A stretch of DNA of 64,000 nucleotides, taken from positions 1,877,460 to 1,941,459 of the forward strand of contig CAWGST010000001.1 in NCBI GenBank assembly GCA_963825315.1, given 5' to 3'. Below the pieces are notes generated by a model that saw only the letters and a list, made by a program, of their open reading frames with translations, ran no database searches and was not told the origin of the DNA. Position numbers and translations under genes: made by a program. This DNA is from an uncultured Verrucomicrobiae bacterium (GTDB lineage Bacteria; Verrucomicrobiota; Verrucomicrobiia; Limisphaerales; Palsa-1400). Below are positions 1 through 10,416 of this stretch, in pieces; position 1 is the first letter of the stretch, and each line of letters starts with the position of its first letter.

Positions 1-55
1 AATATCCAGGAATTTTCCCAGCAACCACAGCCCGGGAAGCACTCATAAAATACAC

Positions 56-922
56 ATGCCCTTTCCAAACCTGACCATTATCGGCGAATCGATAAACGAT
101 TCGGTTCCTTCCACCCACAAATTTTTCGAGGCTAATGACATCGCCGGGCTGAAAAACCTGGCCGTGTCCCAAGACGTCGGCGGCGCAGGCTACATCGATG
201 TTAATGTTGGCCGGCGTTCCGGCGAGTTCCTGGCAGAGATGGTGCGGCACATCCAGAGCGTCACAGCCAAACCGCTTTCCATTGACACGCCCGATCCCAA
301 AATGAGCGAAGCCGGTCTCAAGGCTTACGACCCCGCGCGCGCCGATGGCCAGATTCCGATTCTGAATTCCATTACCCTCTTGCGAATGGAGATGTTCAAA
401 CTGACCCGGATCAAGCCCTTCAAGCCGATCCTTCTGGCCTCCGAACGCATGGAAAACGGCGTGGGCCAGGCCAACCGCACCGCCGAGGCAGTGCATCAGA
501 CAGCCCGCCAGCTTGTGCAGGAAGCAACCCATTACGGCATCCCGGTTGAGCATTGCATCATTGATCCTGCCATCTCGCCCATCGGCGCGGATTCCGAGGG
601 CAATTTCCGATGCCTCATGGGCGCCATTCGCCTGATCCATGCCGATCCTTCCCTCAAAGGAGTCCATATGTCGGTGGGCTTGAGCAATTTCACCGTCATG
701 CTGCCACCCAAACGCTCCGACGGTTCGCCCACAAAAGGACCTCTGGAGAGCGCTTTCCTGACCCTGGCCGGACCGCTGGGCATGGACCACGTCATCGGTT
801 CTGTCAAACGCAAATATGAGTTGCTTCCGCCTCATCATCCGGCCCTGCTTTGCCTCAACGACTGCCTGAAACTGGAAGGCTTCGACGTCATCATGCGCGT
901 TCAGGAATTTTATCGGGGCTGA
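56..922 (+). CDS. Pterin-binding domain protein, methyltetrahydrofolate:corrinoid methyltransferase (MeTr/AcsE)-like
   Basis: 288-aa ORF. The blocks [36 protein letters not shown] and VGLSNF match the pterin-binding TIM barrel (PF00809) of MeTr/MetH-type enzymes. Confidence 0.65.
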   Translation: MPFPNLTIIGESINDSVPSTHKFFEANDIAGLKNLAVSQDVGGAGYIDVNVGRRSGEFLAEMVRHIQSVTAKPLSIDTPDPKMSEAGLKAYDPARADGQIPILNSITLLRMEMFKLTRIKPFKPILLASERMENGVGQANRTAEAVHQTARQLVQEATHYGIPVEHCIIDPAISPIGADSEGNFRCLMGAIRLIHADPSLKGVHMSVGLSNFTVMLPPKRSDGSPTKGPLESAFLTLAGPLGMDHVIGSVKRKYELLPPHHPALLCLNDCLKLEGFDVIMRVQEFYRG

Positions 923-924
923 TC

Positions 925-1271
925 GGCCTGAACAACCATCTTCACCACGGCAACGGCCTGGGCCTTCATCCGGCGCGCCTGGTCTGGAAGCGGGTCATGG
1001 ACATGAACGACCGCGCCCTGCGCCAGATCGTCGTCGGTCTGGGCGGCCCGGCCAGCGGGGTCTGCCACGAGAGCGGCTTCCACATTACGGCCGCCTCCGA
1101 AGTCATGGCTGTTTTCTGCCTGTCCCAATCCGCGACGTCAATGTTTCCGCCGGGGCCGGCTTCGTGGTGGTCCTGACGGGCGACATTATGACGATGCCCG
1201 GCCTGCCCAAAGTCCCGTCGGCCGAACTCATTGACATCAACGCAGAAGGCCAGGTCGCCGGCTTGTTCTGA
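925..1271 (+). pseudogene. fhs: Formate--tetrahydrofolate ligase remnant (5' truncated, ~260-codon internal deletion, frame change near 1120)
   Basis: Frame 1 reads [55 protein letters not shown]. Frame 3 reads [48 protein letters not shown], the extreme FTHFS C-terminus. The P-loop N-terminus and the central part are absent. Confidence 0.7.
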
Positions 1272-1374
1272 TTGACAGTCCACTGTGCTCCCTACCGGGA
1301 TCAGCCGGGCGCATGATGTTGGCGCCGATAACGTCTTTATTGGACCTTCTGCGGAACGAAATCAGGCCAGTGCC

Positions 1375-1405
1375 AAAAAAACGAGGCTGGTGTTGGCCAG
1401 CCTCG
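1375..1405 (-). terminator. Rho-independent terminator downstream of groEL
   Basis: CGAGGCTGG-N6-CCAGCCTCG forms a 9-bp stem. On the minus strand it is followed by a T7 run and lies ~34 nt after the groEL stop. Confidence 0.6.
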
Positions 1406-1438
1406 CTCGTGTTCCCCCGTTGTTCCCCCTCGTTAATT

Positions 1439-3423
<1,985 letters not shown>

Positions 3424-3470
3424 AACTGGTGTTTCTCTTTTGTTTGTTCTGTTTTTATTCTGTTCGAATC

Positions 3471-3497
3471 AAAATCCCGCCGCACCCGCGACCGGGA
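3471..3497 (-). terminator. Terminator-like hairpin after the AbiEii-like gene
   Basis: On the minus strand TCCCGG..CGGGA is followed by TTTTGAT. It shares the CGGGATTTTGAT motif with the element at 4452-4485. Confidence 0.35.
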
Positions 3498-3502
3498 AAA
3501 GT

Positions 3503-4174
3503 CTATTTTAAATTTTTCGGCGGCGTCAACCCGCCGGCCAACCTTGCAAAACTTGGAATTTCTTTCACGGCCACCGTTGCCTCGCGAAGTGTTCTTTTCA
3601 CTTCTTCCGGCAAAGTTGCCAAATTTCCATCTTCAAAATAACTCAGTGCTTTCAAAGTAATCATCGCATTAAACTGTTCGCCGTAAACCGCCTGCGCCGC
3701 GCCGAGCATTTCCGGAAGCGTAACCCCGTTTCTCAAGATCGCATGGACATCCAAATAATCTTTTGCTTCCGGGCGCTCCTGCACGACGGCCATTTTACAA
3801 GCGGCCACATCAAGCAGGGATGCGATTTGCATCACGCCATCCTCGCTCCACTCCGGGTCGCTGACGCGGCCCAAACTCAATCCGCCGAAAAAAGAAATTT
3901 TCACCGGCTCCGGACAGGGCACTGACACAGTCAACGTGTTCGGCGCGATTTGCAGCGCTTCAGCATTCGCTAAAAAAATTAACGCGCCCCGCAACTGAAC
4001 TGGCGCAATCGGTTCGCTCGAAAACAAATCAAAATCGACCAACGTGCGATGGCCCAATCTCAAGGCCAGCGCCGTTCCGCCATAAAGCACGAAATGGCGC
4101 GGCACTTCTTTGAGCTTTGGCCAGAGCGCCCGTTGTGCCGCGGGCAGCATATTTAATCGAGGCGCAAAGCTCAT
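3503..4174 (-). CDS. Nucleotidyltransferase AbiEii/AbiGii toxin-family protein
   Basis: 223-aa ORF. FVLYGGTALALRLGHRTLVDFDLFS matches the AbiEii (DUF1814) NTase core. Its start overlaps the stop of the upstream gene by 4 nt (ATGA). Confidence 0.7.
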   Translation of the reverse strand: MSFAPRLNMLPAAQRALWPKLKEVPRHFVLYGGTALALRLGHRTLVDFDLFSSEPIAPVQLRGALIFLANAEALQIAPNTLTVSVPCPEPVKISFFGGLSLGRVSDPEWSEDGVMQIASLLDVAACKMAVVQERPEAKDYLDVHAILRNGVTLPEMLGAAQAVYGEQFNAMITLKALSYFEDGNLATLPEEVKRTLREATVAVKEIPSFARLAGGLTPPKNLK

Positions 4175-4449
4175 TTCAAAGAACGACGCGGCAACTCTCC
4201 CTCCGGCAGACCGAATACAGCGTGCCAGTAAACCCAGGACCGCTTATCAAAAACTCCCGGCTCGGCCTTCAATAAAGCCTCGCGAAAAGCTTCCCATCCG
4301 AACGCCTCGCGAACTGTCTGCACATCGCGCCAGGTTCCCAGCGTCATCACCTGCATGAGGAACCGCGCTGGCTGCGACAGCGCAACTGACGGCTCTTCCC
4401 ACCACATCAACTTTTTGGCGATGGGGACGAGTTGATCGTTCGAATTCAC
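4171..4449 (-). CDS. Small partner protein of AbiEii-type NTase (putative antitoxin, DUF6922-like)
   Basis: 92-aa ORF, translationally coupled to the NTase gene. The pattern LMWWEEP..FLMQVMTLGTWRDVQTVREAFGWEAFREAL..FDKRSWVYW recalls short proteins found next to AbiEii genes. Confidence 0.45.
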   Translation of the reverse strand: MNSNDQLVPIAKKLMWWEEPSVALSQPARFLMQVMTLGTWRDVQTVREAFGWEAFREALLKAEPGVFDKRSWVYWHAVFGLPEGELPRRSLK

Positions 4450-4451
4450 TT

Positions 4452-4485
4452 AAAAATCAAAATCCCGCTGCCCTCGCCACCGGGA
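4452..4485 (-). terminator. Terminator-like hairpin after dnaK
   Basis: On the minus strand TCCCGGTGGCGAGGGCAGCGGGA is followed by TTTTGATTTTT, 12 nt after the dnaK stop. Confidence 0.4.
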
Positions 4486-4496
4486 AGAATGAAAAC

Positions 4497-6440
4497 TTAT
4501 TTCTTCTCATCGACCACTTCCGCGTCGATGATGGGGCCTTCTTCCTTGGCGCCAGTGCCGGCGCCTTCCTGGGCTTCGCCAGATTTGGGACGCGCGCCGC
4601 CGCCGCCGGCTTTGGCCTTGGCTGATTCAGAGGCCGCGCGATACATTTCCGCCGAGGCCGCCTGCCAGGCTTCGTTCAATTTTTCCGTAGCCGAACGAAT
4701 GGCGGAAATGTCCTTGTCCTTCAATGCTTCGCCCAGCCCCTTGGCCGCGCTCTCGATTTTTTCCTTGTCCGCCGCCGAAATCTTGTCGCCGTTGTCTTTC
4801 AGCATTTTTTCGCTGCGATAGAGGGCGTTGTCGCCTTCGTTGCGCGCTTCGACTTCCTCCCGCTGCTGCTTGTCTTCCTCAGCGTGCGCTTCCGCGTCTT
4901 TGCGCATCTTTTCGATCTCGCTCTTGGAAAGGCCGCTGCTGGCCGTGATGGTGATCTTTTGCTCCTTGCCCGTGCCCAAGTCCTTGGCGCTGACGTGCAA
5001 AATGCCGTTGGCGTCGATGTCGAAGGTCACTTCAATTTGCGGGACGCCGCGCGGGGCGGGCGGAATGTCCGAGAGATTGAACTTGCCGATGGTCTTGTTG
5101 TCGCGCGAAAACTGGCGCTCGCCCTGCAAGACATGAATTTCCACCCCGGGCTGGTTGTCCGATGCTGTCGAGAAGATTTCTGACTTGCGCGTCGGGATGG
5201 TGGTGTTGCGCTCGATCAAGCGCGTGAACACCCCGCCCAGGGTCTCGATGCCCAGGGACAACGGCGTCACGTCCAGCAGGAGCACGTCCTTGACTTCGCC
5301 TTTGAGAACGCCCGCTTGAATGGCGGCGCCCACGGCCACCACCTCGTCGGGATTGACTCCCTGATGCGGCGGTTTGCTGACCAGGGTCTCGGCGGTTTCG
5401 ACGACCCGCGGCATGCGCGTCATGCCGCCGACCAGGACCAGTTCGTCCATCTTGTCGCCGGTCACGCCCGCGTCCTTCAAACAACTCTTGACCGGGCCGA
5501 TGGTGCGCTCGAACAGATCGTCGCAAAGCTGCTCCATTTTGGCCCGCGTTAATTTGGCGCTGACGTGTTTGGGGCCGCTGGCGTCGGCCGTGATGAACGG
5601 CAAATTGATGTCATAAGTCTGGGCGCTGGAGAGGGCAATCTTGGCCTTTTCCGACTCTTCCTTGATGCGTTGCAAGGCGTCGGGCTGCTTGCGCAGGTCC
5701 ATGCCGTGCTCGCGTTTGAATTCGTCCAGAATCCAATCCATGATGCGATTGTCCCAGTCGTCGCCGCCCAAATGGGTGTCGCCGTTGGTGGCTTTGACCT
5801 CGAAAACGCCATCGCCGATTTCCAGCACGGAAATGTCAAATGTGCCGCCGCCCAGGTCATAGACGGCGATCTCCTCGTTCTTCTTCTTGTCGAGACCGTA
5901 GGCCAGCGAGGCGGCCGTCGGCTCGTTGATGATGCGCAGCACTTCCAGGCCGGCAATGCGCCCGGCGTCTTTGGTGGCCTGGCGTTGCGAGTCGTTAAAG
6001 TAAGCCGGCACGGTAATGACCGCCTGGGTGATTTTCTCGCCCAACCGCATTTCCGCGTCCGTTTTCAGTTTGCCCAGGATCATGGCCGAAATTTCAGGCG
6101 GGCTGAATTGTTTTGGCTTGCCGTCCACCTCGACTTCGACAACGGCATCGCCATTCGAGGCGGCAACGACCTTGTAGGGGACCCGTTTGATCTCTTCGTT
6201 GACCTCGTTGAATTTGCGGCCCATGAAACGCTTGATGGAATAGACGGTGTTCCGCGAGTTGGTGACAGCCTGGCGCTTGGCGGCATCGCCCACCAACCGT
6301 TCGCCGGTTTTAGTGAAGGCCACAATGGAAGGCGTAGTGCGTTTTCCTTCAGAGTTTTCCAATACCACCGGCTCGCCGCCCTCCATGACAGCCATACAAG
6401 AGTTGGTGGTGCCTAGATCGATTCCAATAACTTTAGCCAT
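4497..6440 (-). CDS. dnaK: Molecular chaperone DnaK (Hsp70)
   Basis: 647-aa ORF with the Hsp70 signatures [23 protein letters not shown] and [10 protein letters not shown]. No grpE or dnaJ is adjacent. Confidence 0.98.
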   Translation of the reverse strand: MAKVIGIDLGTTNSCMAVMEGGEPVVLENSEGKRTTPSIVAFTKTGERLVGDAAKRQAVTNSRNTVYSIKRFMGRKFNEVNEEIKRVPYKVVAASNGDAVVEVEVDGKPKQFSPPEISAMILGKLKTDAEMRLGEKITQAVITVPAYFNDSQRQATKDAGRIAGLEVLRIINEPTAASLAYGLDKKKNEEIAVYDLGGGTFDISVLEIGDGVFEVKATNGDTHLGGDDWDNRIMDWILDEFKREHGMDLRKQPDALQRIKEESEKAKIALSSAQTYDINLPFITADASGPKHVSAKLTRAKMEQLCDDLFERTIGPVKSCLKDAGVTGDKMDELVLVGGMTRMPRVVETAETLVSKPPHQGVNPDEVVAVGAAIQAGVLKGEVKDVLLLDVTPLSLGIETLGGVFTRLIERNTTIPTRKSEIFSTASDNQPGVEIHVLQGERQFSRDNKTIGKFNLSDIPPAPRGVPQIEVTFDIDANGILHVSAKDLGTGKEQKITITASSGLSKSEIEKMRKDAEAHAEEDKQQREEVEARNEGDNALYRSEKMLKDNGDKISAADKEKIESAAKGLGEALKDKDISAIRSATEKLNEAWQAASAEMYRAASESAKAKAGGGGARPKSGEAQEGAGTGAKEEGPIIDAEVVDEKK

Positions 6441-6458
6441 AAAAATTCACCATCAATA

Positions 6459-6474
6459 AGCAATGGCAATGCCA
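6459..6474 (-). promoter_or_regulatory. Sigma-54-like -24/-12 element upstream of dnaK (tentative)
   Basis: The minus strand reads TGGCAT-TGCCA-TTGCT, against consensus TGGCAC-N5-TTGCW, ending 18 nt before the dnaK ATG. Confidence 0.2.
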
Positions 6475-6657
6475 CATTTTGCCGTAAAGTTGTAAATACC
6501 ATACATGTAGTGGTTTACAGTGTTTGTAACGATGTTTGAGAGATGGTTTAAAGTGCCACATTGGCGCTAAATGATGCCCGCTAGTGACAATGTGGCGCAG
6601 ATAGGTCAATGGATAATGGACAATGATTAATGTCAGGTTTGCCGAGAAGAATGGCAA

Positions 6658-6775
6658 GAAAGGCAAGATTGATAGATAGGTCCAAAAAACCCGTAACACC
6701 GTAACAAGTGTTGATAATCAATGACTTAGCCCGTAACATTTGCCGTTACAAACCCGTAACAAGCCCGTTACATTA
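6658..6775. repeat. Iteron-like module, copy A (six CCGTAACA motifs around a TTGATAATCAA near-palindrome)
   Basis: About 90% identical over ~80 bp to 39437-39506 plus 40507-40520. The motif occurs in both orientations. Confidence 0.6.
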
Positions 6776-6854
6776 ACGATAAAGTCGGCTTGGACTTGTT
6801 GGACGGTTTAATGACCCTCGGTGTTTTAAGAATTTGACCACGGATTCCGAAGTG

Positions 6855-6950
6855 AATTAAGAAGTAAGAAGTAAGAATTAAGAAATCTGAAAAACAGCCA
6901 AAAGTCGAACCGGATTCCTCTTTTGACATCTTCCTTCTGCCTTTTTCATG
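6855..6950. repeat. REP-like module (GAATTAAGAAGTAAGAA.. / ..TTCCTTCTGCC)
   Basis: Related sequence recurs at 25369-25448 and 26822-26888. Confidence 0.45.
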
Positions 6951-6969
6951 GGTGCCCGTGAAAGATTAT

Positions 6970-7063
6970 GGAGAACCGGGTCAACCGCGAAATCATTTTG
7001 CCATAAGGAGCACAAAGCGCACAAAAACTGACGGATCATGGAAAACTGGGTGAACCGCGAAAT
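6970..7063. repeat. Direct repeat pair GGARAACYGGGTSAACCGCGAAAT (two copies, 70 bp apart)
   Basis: Copies at 6970-6993 and 7040-7063, read directly from the sequence. Confidence 0.5.
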
Positions 7064-7408
7064 GCGCAGACCACGCGAACTCCGGAAATTCTGAAACGCA
7101 AGATGAATAGCCACAGAACCTCACAGATAAACACAGACCCGCCGTCGCTGAAGCTATGGCGGCCAAGTTGGCAAAAAGACCCTCTGCTTGATTTGTGCTC
7201 ATCTGTGTCAATCTGTGGCCCAAGATCCCGCGAGAGACGCAAGATGCTATCGGTCTGGAAAATCGGCAACACGGCAATGGGCCGCCTTGCCGGGTCGGAA
7301 AGAAGACGGCTAAACGCGCCTGAAGTTGGACCCGTGATTCGAACCTGCTCGTGGCCAAACAAAGAAAGGAGCAGGAGTTTAAATAATGAGAACTGACACG
7401 AATGGCAG

Positions 7409-7759
7409 TTAGTTAAGGCCCAACGTCTTGTTACTGAGCTTCTTGCGACGGGTCGTTCCGGGCAAGGTTTGCCACATGTGCTGGAGCGCATAGCGGTGCA
7501 TTTGTTCGAGGATGTTCCAGGCTTTGCGCTGGTTAGCAATGGCGGATTTGAGCCAGGCAAATTGTTCGGCGCTCAGGGCCACGGTGATCGTTTTCCCTTC
7601 CACTCGGCGGGACCACTGGTAGCGCGGGCCGCCCTGGCCGGGGCGGTTGCGTTCCAATACCGTGCCCAAGGCCACCCATCCAATACGGGCCAACTGGCCT
7701 TGCCACCGCCGGTAGGCGGCGGGCAGCGGCTCCAGGGCGGGATCTGATTTCTTTTTCAT
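7409..7759 (-). CDS. Small IS-associated protein (DUF6788-like)
   Basis: This is the last 116 aa of ORF 7409-8413, starting at MKKKSD. It contains the GQGGPRYQWSRRVEGKTITVALSAEQFAWLKSAIANQRKAW pattern, is divergent from the transposase, and its stop codon lies inside the left IR. Confidence 0.5.
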   Translation of the reverse strand: MKKKSDPALEPLPAAYRRWQGQLARIGWVALGTVLERNRPGQGGPRYQWSRRVEGKTITVALSAEQFAWLKSAIANQRKAWNILEQMHRYALQHMWQTLPGTTRRKKLSNKTLGLN

Positions 7760-7774
7760 GCCAAAAAGTCTAGC

Positions 7775-9247
7775 ATGGCCGTCAATAGGACAGTATATAT
7801 GCTGTCTTATATGAACACGCCTGACTTTACCCCTTGGGCCGGCCTCTTCGCCGCCCAACTCCAACGCTTGCGCACCACCCTGGGCCCTTCGATCCACCAA
7901 CTCGAACGGCTCTTCACCGACTGGATTCCCCACTGGCGCCTGGCCCAGCAGGAGGAGGGCGCTCATTCGCGCAACCGTTGCTGGAACCTGCGCTTGGTCT
8001 TCTGGACTTTTCTCTGGCAAATCTCCCAGGCGGGGGCCTCCTGCCGCGAGGCCATCCGCCAAGCCCAGGCCCTTTGTCTGGCCGGCGGCACCCGTCCCCC
8101 GCCCGACACCACCAGCCCTTATTGCCAGGCGCGGGCGGGTGTGCCGCTGGAACGGTTGCAGGACATGCATGCTGGCTTGGTGCAAGAGGCCCGCGCCGCC
8201 ACCGCCGCGGGGGACCTCTGGCTGGGCCGGGAAGTTTTGGTGGTGGACGGCTCTTGTGTCACCGCCCCAGACACGGCGGAAAACCAGCAAGCCTTTCCCC
8301 AGCAATCGGCGCAGAAGCCCGGCTGTGGTTTCCCCATTATCCGCCTGGTTGGCTTGCTCAGCCTGGCCACCGGCCTGCTGGTCGCCTGGGCCACCGGTCA
8401 ATGGCAGCAACACGAACTGACACTCTTACAAACGTTGTGGGATCACTTGTCTCCGGGCAGCATCCTGTTGGGTGACCGGGGATTTTGCTCTTGGGGCCTT
8501 TTGGCCCAGTGCCTGCGGCGCAACGTCGATGCGGTCTTTCGCGTCAAAGGCTCCGTTCGCCGTGACTTCCGCCGCGGTCGGCGCCTGAGCCGACACGAAC
8601 GGCTGGTGCAATGGCGCAAGCCGGCCCAGCGTCCCCGCACTGTCAGTGCAAAAGAATGGAACGCCCTGCCCGAAATCCTGACCTTGCGCCTGGTGCGGTG
8701 CCGCCTGGGCCTGCCCGGCTTCCGCTCCACCCAAGTTATCCTCGTGACCACTTTGCTGGACTCGACGCAATATCCGCCCGCCGCCCTGGGGCAGCTCTAC
8801 TACCGCCGCTGGGCCATGGAACTGACCCTGCGCAACCTCAAAACCACCTTGCAGATGGACATGATGAGTTGCAAAAGTCCCGCCATGCTGGAGCGGGAAC
8901 TGCGCTTGCATATCCTGGTGCATAACCTGGTCCGCCGCCTCATGCTCGAAGCGGCCCGGCGTCACCGGGTTGCTCTGGAACGAATCAGTTTTGCCGGTGC
9001 CTTGGCGGCGGCCCGCCACTACAGCCAAGCCTTGGCTCAGGCCCGCTCTGAGCGCCGCCGCCGACAGTTGCTGGAGGATCTCTTCCGCGTCTTGGCCGCC
9101 GATTTGCTGCCCGATCGTCCGGGCCGTCGCGAACCGCGCGCCGTCAAGCGGCGGCCCAAGCCCTACCCGCGCCTAATGAACCATCGCCACAAGTTTTTGG
9201 AGATTCCCCACCAAAACCGCTATCGTCTTGACACCACCGCCAAATGA
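7775..9247 (+). CDS. IS4-family DDE transposase
   Basis: 490-aa ORF with LLGDRGFCSW and YYRRWAMELTLRNLKTTLQMD..ERELRLHILVHNLVR (the YREK-type C-terminal block of IS4 transposases). Confidence 0.85.
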   Translation: MAVNRTVYMLSYMNTPDFTPWAGLFAAQLQRLRTTLGPSIHQLERLFTDWIPHWRLAQQEEGAHSRNRCWNLRLVFWTFLWQISQAGASCREAIRQAQALCLAGGTRPPPDTTSPYCQARAGVPLERLQDMHAGLVQEARAATAAGDLWLGREVLVVDGSCVTAPDTAENQQAFPQQSAQKPGCGFPIIRLVGLLSLATGLLVAWATGQWQQHELTLLQTLWDHLSPGSILLGDRGFCSWGLLAQCLRRNVDAVFRVKGSVRRDFRRGRRLSRHERLVQWRKPAQRPRTVSAKEWNALPEILTLRLVRCRLGLPGFRSTQVILVTTLLDSTQYPPAALGQLYYRRWAMELTLRNLKTTLQMDMMSCKSPAMLERELRLHILVHNLVRRLMLEAARRHRVALERISFAGALAAARHYSQALAQARSERRRRQLLEDLFRVLAADLLPDRPGRREPRAVKRRPKPYPRLMNHRHKFLEIPHQNRYRLDTTAK

Positions 9248-9293
9248 AAACACCCCGCATTCTCGATGCCTTAACTAACTGCCATTCAGAACT

Positions 9294-9340
9294 GACACTT
9301 GTATTGACACTTGTATTGTATTGTACACTTGTATGTACAC
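9294..9340. repeat. Degenerate 12-bp tandem (GACACTTGTATT x2, then decayed copies)
   Basis: Seen directly in the sequence. The first unit overlaps the right TSD of the IS4 element. Confidence 0.5.
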
Positions 9341-9640
9341 GGGACCCTTTCTCAACCGGAGCTCACCATGACTCCAAATCATCAAAATGTTGACATGCTC
9401 GTATTACTCTGTTAAGTTGCGCAAACTGCGAGTGAAGAATGAAATGTGTTGAAAGAGCAAAATCCGGTCGCCCAATCGCGGTTTTCGTCAATGTTTATGG
9501 GCATTTCATGCTTTTTTTCCGATCTTATACTTAACAAAGTAATACTCGGAACTGACCCGTTCATGGCTGCCCAATACGCAATGCGTCCCTCAAAGTGGCC
9601 GGTTTTCACTGCCCGCTGACACCAAAACCATTCCGGATTC

Positions 9641-10405
9641 TTATTGCGCCATGTTTAAATCAGTTCTGTGTTTTGCAAAATCACAAGGCTTTTTAAACTC
9701 CGCCTCTACAGCCAAATGGCCGTTCCGAGGGTTCCAAATGAAGTATTTGCCGAAAACTAATCCATTTGTGTATTGTGTGAACTGCGAAAGCGTGCCACGG
9801 GTGAAATCAGCGCGTTTGTAATCCCACGTTGAGCCTTGTGGCTTGAGGTCATCGAATGCTGCGAGGAAGCCATTGGCCAAGCCGTGTTTCACCTGCGTAA
9901 ACTGCAACAGCGAGCCGCCGCCCGTCGGGTTGATCGATACATCGTATCCGTCGTTGCCATTGGTGCGAAAACTGGCGAATAGCCACACACTAATTGTCAC
10001 CTCCTCCACGGCTTCTGAATTGGTATATTGGAATCGCGAGACGGTTTTCTCAAAACTGAACAGTTTGCCTCGGGCCTTAACGGTATCGTTTGTCGTATAA
10101 GACCGAACAAGAACCGTGCCAGTCGGACCGACGCTAGCCGTCACATTTGTATATTTTACAAGAACCTCACTAATCAGTTTTTGTTCATCTTCGGTGAAAA
10201 AGTTCCTGTTTGAAAGCGCATTAGAGTATTGAGGCGGACAGGCTACCCCATCACCAAAAAAGTCCGAACCAGTCACTACCACATTACTCTGGCTTTCCAT
10301 GTCCAAGAAAGGAAAGTATTCTCTTTCCGCATGACAGTTCTGGCCGATGAGATTATTGCTCAAGAGGAGCAGACATAACCCAACCTTCACATTTCGCTGT
10401 TTCAT
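9641..10405 (-). CDS. Exported 254-aa protein with MORN/YwqK-like repeats (candidate immunity protein)
   Basis: Has a signal peptide (MKQRNVKVGLCLLLLSNNLIGQ) and the units VKHGLANGFLAAF and YTNGLVFGKYFIW. The gene is AT-rich and starts 11 nt downstream of the large secreted-protein gene. Confidence 0.55.
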   Translation of the reverse strand: MKQRNVKVGLCLLLLSNNLIGQNCHAEREYFPFLDMESQSNVVVTGSDFFGDGVACPPQYSNALSNRNFFTEDEQKLISEVLVKYTNVTASVGPTGTVLVRSYTTNDTVKARGKLFSFEKTVSRFQYTNSEAVEEVTISVWLFASFRTNGNDGYDVSINPTGGGSLLQFTQVKHGLANGFLAAFDDLKPQGSTWDYKRADFTRGTLSQFTQYTNGLVFGKYFIWNPRNGHLAVEAEFKKPCDFAKHRTDLNMAQ

Positions 10406-10416
10406 ATATTTTGAGG

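Larger units (their letters stand above)
7400..9287 (+). mobile_element. IS4-family insertion sequence (1888 bp), intact
   Basis: Perfect 20-bp terminal IRs GAATGGCAGTTAGTTAAGGC (7400-7419 and 9268-9287). An 11-bp TSD AGAACTGACAC is present at 7389-7399 and 9288-9298. Confidence 0.9.

Noticed and set aside
3424-3502. Search for a CIRCE (TTAGCACTC-N9-GAGTGCTAA) or HAIR operator upstream of groES, and likewise upstream of dnaK at 6441-6600.
   Set aside because: No match to either consensus was found on either strand.
7330-7360. tRNA-like T-loop motif (GGTTCGAATC on the minus strand) next to the IS4 insertion site.
   Set aside because: The flanking bases do not form a T-stem, acceptor stem or any cloverleaf. 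It is most likely a chance match or a very decayed fragment.
7760-8413. Upstream 218 aa of the 334-aa minus-strand ORF 7409-8413.
   Set aside because: It is antisense to the IS4 transposase and is G/A/R-rich. Only the last 116 aa (from MKKKSD) resemble a known small IS-associated protein.
9412-9609. 65-aa ORF in the AT-rich spacer.
   Set aside because: It has no family resemblance, odd composition and no ribosome-binding context. It lies inside an inverted-repeat structure.
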